A stretch of 64,000 bases of DNA from assembly GCA_963761335.1 (NCBI GenBank), contig CAVXGR010000006.1, positions 1 through 64,000 on the forward strand, in the 5' to 3' direction. The DNA is from an uncultured delta proteobacterium (lineage in GTDB: Bacteria; Desulfobacterota; Binatia; HRBIN30; BPIQ01). This document shows positions 58,777 to 64,000 of this stretch, one piece after another. Numbering within the stretch: the stretch's first letter is position 1; each line of letters starts with the position of its first letter. Under the pieces are notes generated by a model. That model worked only from the letters and a program-made list of their open reading frames with translations. It had not been told where the DNA came from and searched no databases. A program made the position numbers and the translations under genes.

Positions 58777-59054
58777 TGGAAACTTTTGCCGCGGCGCTGA
58801 CCATCTTCGTGCTCGCCATCTTCGTCGGCGTCGAGGTGATCGCCAAGGTGCCGCCGACGCTGCACACGCCGCTGATGTCGGGGTCGAACGCGATTTCGGG
58901 AATCACGCTGGTGGGTGCCATCCTGTCCACTGGCATGCAGCACTCGGCGCTGACCGGCTTTCTGGGATTCGTCGCCGTGGTGTTCGCCACCATCAACGTG
59001 GTCGGCGGCTTTCTGGTCACCCACCGCATGCTCGAGATGTTTCGCCGAAAGTAG
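58776..59054 (+). CDS. pntAB: NAD(P) transhydrogenase subunit alpha, part 2
   Basis: KVPPTLHTPLMSGSNAISG, NVVGGFLVTHRMLEMF. Confidence 0.95.
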   Translation: METFAAALTIFVLAIFVGVEVIAKVPPTLHTPLMSGSNAISGITLVGAILSTGMQHSALTGFLGFVAVVFATINVVGGFLVTHRMLEMFRRK

Positions 59055-59060
59055 GAAACC

Positions 59061-60455
59061 GTGACCAGCGCCTTCATCAATCTCGCCTATCTGCTCGCCT
59101 CCGTTCTCTTCATCATCGGCCTGAAGGGGCTCGGCCATCCGCGCACGGCGGTGCGCGGCAATCTCATCGGCGCCATCGGCATGTTGATCGCCATCTTGGT
59201 GACCCTGCTGGATCGGCAGATCCTCGGCTTCGGCGCCATCCTCGCCGGCATCGTCATCGGCTCGGCCGCCGGCGCCGTGCTGGCCCAGCGCATCGAGATG
59301 ACCGCCATGCCGCAGATGGTGGCGCTGCTGAACGGCTTCGGCGGCGGCGCCTCGGTGCTGGTTGCCGGCGCCGCGCTCATCGAGGCGGTGGGCATCCCCG
59401 ATCGCCCGGTGACCGCGCAGCTCACCATTGCCACGGCGGCTTGCGGGCTCATCGGCGCCGTGACCTTCTGGGGCAGCCTGGTCGCCTTCGCCAAGCTGCA
59501 GGAGCTCATCTCCGGCAACCCGGTGGTGTTCGCCGGCCAGAAGCTGCTGAATGCGGTGCTGGCGGCGCTCACCGTGGCGCTCGGCATCGGGGTGGTGATG
59601 CAGCCCGAGAGCCAGCTCTTCTACTGGGCCCTGGTCGTGGTGTCGTCGGTGCTGGGCGTGCTGATGGTGATTCCCATCGGCGGTGCCGACACGCCGGTGG
59701 TGATCGCGCTGCTCAACTCCTACTCTGGCCTCGCCGCCTGTGCCACCGGATTCGTGCTCAACAACAACATGCTGATCATCGCCGGCTCTCTGGTCGGCGC
59801 CTCGGGGATCATCCTCTCGCAGATCATGTGCAAGGCCATGAACCGCTCCCTCGCCAACGTCCTCTTCGGCGGCGTCGGCGGGGTGGCGACCGGCGGCCCG
59901 AAAGCCGAGGACGTCTACGGAGGCCGCGTCAAGTCCACCTCCGCCGAGGAGATCGCCATGATCCTCGACAACGCCCAGCGGGTGATGATCGTCCCCGGCT
60001 ACGGCCTCGCGGTCTCGCAGGCGCAGCACGCCGTTCGCGATCTCATGCACCTTCTCGAGTCGCGCGGCGTCGAGGTGCGTTTTGCGATTCACCCGGTCGC
60101 CGGCCGCATGCCGGGACACATGAACGTGCTGCTCGCCGAGGCCGACGTCGAGTACGACAAGCTGTTGACCATGGAGGAGGCCAATCCGCTGTTCGAGCAG
60201 ACGGATGTGACCATCGTCATCGGCGCCAACGACGTGGTCAACCCCGTTGCCCGCGAGGACCAGCAGAGCCCGATTGCCGGCATGCCGATCCTCGACGTCG
60301 ACAAATCGCGGACGGTGGTGGTGATCAAGCGCTCCCTCTCGCCCGGCTTCGCCGGCATCCCCAACCCGCTGTTCGCCGCCGACAACACCCTCATGTTCTT
60401 CGCCGACGGCCGCAAGGCGGTCACCGAGCTGATCGCGGCGCTGAAGGACTCGTAG
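59061..60455 (+). CDS. pntB: NAD(P) transhydrogenase subunit beta
   Basis: MTAMPQMVAL, PIGGAD, HPVAGRMPGHMNVLLAEA, IGANDVVNP. Confidence 0.96.
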   Translation: MTSAFINLAYLLASVLFIIGLKGLGHPRTAVRGNLIGAIGMLIAILVTLLDRQILGFGAILAGIVIGSAAGAVLAQRIEMTAMPQMVALLNGFGGGASVLVAGAALIEAVGIPDRPVTAQLTIATAACGLIGAVTFWGSLVAFAKLQELISGNPVVFAGQKLLNAVLAALTVALGIGVVMQPESQLFYWALVVVSSVLGVLMVIPIGGADTPVVIALLNSYSGLAACATGFVLNNNMLIIAGSLVGASGIILSQIMCKAMNRSLANVLFGGVGGVATGGPKAEDVYGGRVKSTSAEEIAMILDNAQRVMIVPGYGLAVSQAQHAVRDLMHLLESRGVEVRFAIHPVAGRMPGHMNVLLAEADVEYDKLLTMEEANPLFEQTDVTIVIGANDVVNPVAREDQQSPIAGMPILDVDKSRTVVVIKRSLSPGFAGIPNPLFAADNTLMFFADGRKAVTELIAALKDS

Positions 60456-60550
60456 ATGCGGCGACGCGGCGAGGCGCCGCGTCGCCGCGCCCAGTAGAAG
60501 CGCCGTCCCGGCGCTTCCGAAGCGGCGAGACGGCGAGACGCCGCTTCTAC
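60452..60550. repeat. GTAG-type REP cluster (copy 3) / possible terminator hairpins after pntB
   Basis: Hairpin gcggcgacgcggcgaggcgccgcgtcgccgc, then gtagaagcgccgtcccggcgcttccgaagcggcgagacggcgagacgccgcttctac at 60494-60550. Confidence 0.82.
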
Positions 60551-60797
60551 TGGGGGCCGTGGCGGCTCGTCCTGCGATCTGACCAGGCGCCGCCGGACAA
60601 AATTCGCCACCCTCCGTCATCGGATTGCGCGGCGCCGGGGGGAACGCATCGCTGCCACCGGCGATCCGCCGCGGAACATCGATTGCTCCAAGCGGCGCGG
60701 GTAACCTAAAATCGATCGCGTGCCATGCCGCCAGCGGGCAAAAAGGGGCAGCGGCGGTGCGCGCGTCCGGGGGAGAGATGATGCGAGCCATACGCAG

Positions 60798-60980
60798 ATG
60801 TCGAACGACGATATCGTCGTCTGCGATTACTACAACCTCAACAACAATGGCTTCGGTGCCCTCTATCGGATGCCCCTGCATCCGCCGGCGGGGACGCCGG
60901 CGTTCTACAGCGCCTTCAACGCGCCTCAGGCGTTTCACTTCGCCAAGAAGGCGGGCCGTCGCTCCCAAACGAACGCTTGA
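60798..60980 (+). other. Short ORF that looks like an orphan fragment of a larger protein
   Basis: MSNDDIVVCDYYNLNNNGFGALYRMPLHPPAGTPAFYSAFNAPQAFHFAKK, with coding-like codon usage inside an otherwise intergenic stretch. Confidence 0.35.
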
Positions 60981-61028
60981 TCGCAGCGCGCTACTTGGGC
61001 TAGTTCGTGCAGGTTCCGAGCTTGCCTC

Positions 61029-61805
61029 ATGGCCGATCCACTGCATCTGTTGCTCATCGAGGACTCCGAGGATGACGCCTTTCTCATCCTGCGCGAGCTG
61101 CGCCAGGGAGGCTATGAGCCGTCTTCCACGCGCGTCGATACGTCGGCGGCCCTGGGTGAAGCGCTGCAAGCCCCCCGGGCGTGGGATCTGATCACCTGCG
61201 ACTACGTGATGCCCCGATTTACTGCGGAAGGGGCGATCTCACAGATCCGCAGCGCCGGTATCGATACGCCGGTGATCGTCGTCTCCGGTGGCGTGGCGGA
61301 AGAGGTCGCCATCGACTGCCTGCGACTGGGCGCGCAGGACTTCGTGAGCAAGCAACGCCTCACGCGTCTGGTTCCCGCCGTTCGGCGCGAGCTGAGCGAT
61401 GCCGAGCAGCGGCGTGCGCGGCGCCGGGCCGAGGACATGGCGTACTTCCAGGCGCGGCTGCTCGACGAGGTCGGCGAGGCGGTGATCGCCACGGACCCGA
61501 GCGGCAAGATTCTCTACTGGAATCGCGCCGCCGAGAGGCTCTACGGATGGAAGGCCACCGAGGTGCTCGGCTGCGATATCGTCCAGGTCGTTCCCTCCGA
61601 GCCGTCCAGAGGGGCGGCCGCCGAGATCATGGAGCATCTGCGCCGCGGCGAGAGGTGGACAGGCGAGCACCAGGTGCGGCGGCGCGACGGATCCGTCTTC
61701 GTTGCCCGCGTGACCGATGCTCCCGTCTTCGACGGCGATGGCGCCCTGGTCGCGGTGATCGGCATCTCCTACGACGTCTCGGATTACCCGAGAGGAATGA
61801 GGTAG
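61029..61805 (+). CDS. REC-PAS signalling protein without output domain
   Basis: LLLIEDSEDD, ITCDYVMP, GAQDFVSK, then PAS AVIATD.SGKILYWNRAAERLYGW...ISYDVS. Confidence 0.85.
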   Translation: MADPLHLLLIEDSEDDAFLILRELRQGGYEPSSTRVDTSAALGEALQAPRAWDLITCDYVMPRFTAEGAISQIRSAGIDTPVIVVSGGVAEEVAIDCLRLGAQDFVSKQRLTRLVPAVRRELSDAEQRRARRRAEDMAYFQARLLDEVGEAVIATDPSGKILYWNRAAERLYGWKATEVLGCDIVQVVPSEPSRGAAAEIMEHLRRGERWTGEHQVRRRDGSVFVARVTDAPVFDGDGALVAVIGISYDVSDYPRGMR

Positions 61806-61823
61806 AAGCGCACGGGACAGCGC

Positions 61824-64000
61824 TCAGTGCTGCTTCTGGGTCGGCCGATTGCCCGTCGGGCCGCCCTCGGAGTGGCGATCCCTGGAGGGCGGCGGCGACG
61901 AGCCCTGCGGCTCGAACGCGGGGGCGCGCTGCGGGGCGCGTTGCTGCGGCTGCTGCATCTGTCGGGCCGGTGGCCGCTCGACTGGAGCCACGCGCCGTTG
62001 CACTCTCGGCGGCGGTGCGGCGTCGGCGGGCGCCGGCGGCGCTTCGCGGGCCGGCCGGCGCACCTCTGGCTGCGGCGCTTGGCGCGGCGGACGCTGCACG
62101 TCTGACGGTGGCGCCGGGGCAGCGGCCGGCGGCGCTTGGCGCGGCGGACGGCGCATGTCTGATGACGGTGGCGCCGGGGCGGCGGCCGGTGGCGCCTGGC
62201 GCGCCGGCTCGGCGGCGCGCGGTTGCGGTTGCTCTCGGCGGACCTCAGGCGCGGGTGGCCGATGCGGCGATTCGCGGTTCATTTCACGGGCGGGTGGCCG
62301 CTGTGGCGCCTCGCGGTGCAGCTGATTCACCGGCGGCGGTTGCGACTGCTCTCGCGGCGCCGGGGCTGCCGGTGCCTGCGGATTCCGCTGCTGCTGCTGC
62401 GGCCTCTCGGCCGGCGAAGCCGGATTGCCGGACCGCGACCTCGCTGCCGGCGGCAGCTGTCGCAGCCGCGTCGGGGGCTGGGCTTCCGGGCGAGCGCCGG
62501 GCTCGCCGACGGCGGGGGCGGGACGCCGCCCACGCATCTCCTGGGATGACGGTGGTCGGACCAGGTGCGGCGCCGGACGTGGCGCCGCGCCCGCGGGGAC
62601 GAGATTCGGCGGCCGGCGCGGCGGGCGAGTTGCCACCACCGGCCGGTTTCGCTCCGCCGGCCGCGGGTGCGCCACCTGCCCCGAGGTCGGCGGCCGAAAG
62701 GCAGAGGTCGGCACCGGCAGGCGGCCGTGAATCGGCGTCAGGTGCTGGGGCTCGATGTTCCGCAGGCGACCGCGCTCGACTCTCTCGCGGCCGAAGCGAT
62801 CGCGCGGTATGCCGATGATGGCGCGCGGGTAGCGAATGTTCTCATAGTTGTGAATGTTGATGATCGTGGTGTGCCGCGGTCCGCCCCAACCGCCCCACCA
62901 GGGATGGCCGACGAAACGCGGCGGCCCCCACCACGGCAGCACCGGCTCGCCCCAGCCGAGGGCGATCCAGCCGATGTCCGGACCGCGGATGCCGACACCG
63001 ACGCTCACACCGCCGCCGCCGAAGAAGGCGACCAGCGCCGGCGCATAGTACGGTCGCGCCACGATCGGTCCAGGGGCCCAGCACCATCGATTGCGCACGT
63101 GCACCCAGCGGCCGTAGTGGTAGGGGGCCCAGCCCCACGGGGCGTCGTCGACCCAGGTCCAACCGTAGTCCGGGTCGGGTACCCAGATCCCGGAGCTGTA
63201 GGGCGCCCAATCGGCGGGCTCGTCGTTGGGAAACCACACCGGGCCGTAGGTCGGCTCCGTCTGCCACTGGCCGTAGCGGTCGAGATCGTGGGCGCCGTAC
63301 ACGTCTCCGGCGACGTAGCGCGTGCCCGACGATGCCAGGAGGCTATCGGTGCGCGCGTAGTTCCAGCTGTCCCAGGCGTCCAGGTCGGGGGCGTTATAGG
63401 CGAGCACCTGCGGCTGCTCGACTCCCTCGACGACAACCCGCTGATTCGGGCCGATGCCCGAGGTCTCTCCCACCGCCGTGGTCAGGGCGGCGCTGCCGCC
63501 GCGCCGGCTGATGAAAATGGTGCGATCCTCGGTCACGTCGATCCGGTAATAGCCGGTATGCTCGACGGTGAAGGCGGCGTTCGGGGTGTCGAGCTCGACG
63601 GTGTGGCCGGGCTCCAAGGTCCGCAGGTCGAGCGCCGCGGTGCCGCCGGTCACCCGGAACTGGAGGAAATCGGGCTCCTGGTTCTCCAAGCCGATCTGCG
63701 TCTCGCTGCCGGCGCGGACGAAGGCGCGTGGACCGATCTGCAGCTCCAGATTGCCCCCCGAGCTGGTATAGAGCTCGTCGCCCGGAGCCAGCGGCAGGTT
63801 GGTCCGCGCGGCGCTCCAGTCTTCGTCGCCGGGGCGCCAGAAGCTGACCTCGCCGTTGATGAGGCTCAGGCGCGGCGGTGTGCGCGTGATACCGGCGTCG
63901 TCGGGCGGCTCGCCGGCGGCGAGGGCGCCGCTCGGCAGGGCGCTCGCTAGGACAAAGGCGAGCAGGGGGGCGATGAAATGAAGCAGTCGAGCCCAGGAAC
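61824..64000 (-). CDS. Secreted FecR-like/DUF6600-like protein with Pro-rich tail; start lies beyond the window
   Basis: The frame is open to the right edge: signal-like LLHFIAPLLAFVLASALPSGALA, PPRLSLINGEVSFWRPG, LDRYGQW, WAPYSSG, YGWTWVDDAPWGWAPYHYGRW. Confidence 0.85.
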   Translation of the reverse strand, partial: SWARLLHFIAPLLAFVLASALPSGALAAGEPPDDAGITRTPPRLSLINGEVSFWRPGDEDWSAARTNLPLAPGDELYTSSGGNLELQIGPRAFVRAGSETQIGLENQEPDFLQFRVTGGTAALDLRTLEPGHTVELDTPNAAFTVEHTGYYRIDVTEDRTIFISRRGGSAALTTAVGETSGIGPNQRVVVEGVEQPQVLAYNAPDLDAWDSWNYARTDSLLASSGTRYVAGDVYGAHDLDRYGQWQTEPTYGPVWFPNDEPADWAPYSSGIWVPDPDYGWTWVDDAPWGWAPYHYGRWVHVRNRWCWAPGPIVARPYYAPALVAFFGGGGVSVGVGIRGPDIGWIALGWGEPVLPWWGPPRFVGHPWWGGWGGPRHTTIINIHNYENIRYPRAIIGIPRDRFGRERVERGRLRNIEPQHLTPIHGRLPVPTSAFRPPTSGQVAHPRPAERNRPVVATRPPRRPPNLVPAGAAPRPAPHLVRPPSSQEMRGRRPAPAVGEPGARPEAQPPTRLRQLPPAARSRSGNPASPAERPQQQQRNPQAPAAPAPREQSQPPPVNQLHREAPQRPPAREMNRESPHRPPAPEVRREQPQPRAAEPARQAPPAAAPAPPSSDMRRPPRQAPPAAAPAPPSDVQRPPRQAPQPEVRRPAREAPPAPADAAPPPRVQRRVAPVERPPARQMQQPQQRAPQRAPAFEPQGSSPPPSRDRHSEGGPTGNRPTQKQH

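Noticed and set aside
58311..61169. 952-aa minus-strand ORF
   Set aside because: Antisense to the clearly conserved pnt genes.
62070..62205. Short direct repeats near the right end
   Set aside because: They encode RQAPPAAAPAPPS repeats in the low-complexity tail of the DUF6600-like protein.

Overview
GC-rich bacterial DNA. The Cys-rich secreted proteins and dockerin-like leader suggest a Candidatus Binatia/deltaproteobacterium-like genome, but this is inference only. The window holds about 55 genes: two-component signalling genes, a glycan-modification trio (tandem HD-like protein, GT4, plant RGP/GT75-like), sulfatases and TauD, an M1 peptidase, a ba3-type oxidase operon, alkA-ogt, an APC permease, a giant DUF11-like repeat protein and pntA/AB/B. 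It also has two REP families and several deletion or frameshift scars. No rRNA, tRNA, CRISPR array or transposase was recognised. Two candidate peptide-modification (RiPP-like) systems stand out. (1) At 41.4-46.3 kb, a PqqD/RRE domain is fused to a twin-Arg-like leader and a (Ser-Pro)12 core. Next to it are an HprK-like kinase::2OG-Fe(II) prolyl-hydroxylase-like fusion, an HprK-like kinase::sulfotransferase-like fusion and a stand-alone sulfotransferase-like gene. (2) At 24.0-27.2 kb, an unannotated 53-aa ORF with its own promoter and RBS is coupled to an HExxH peptide-modifying enzyme and a methyltransferase, with no radical SAM gene. Family names come from motif recognition by eye; no searches were run.
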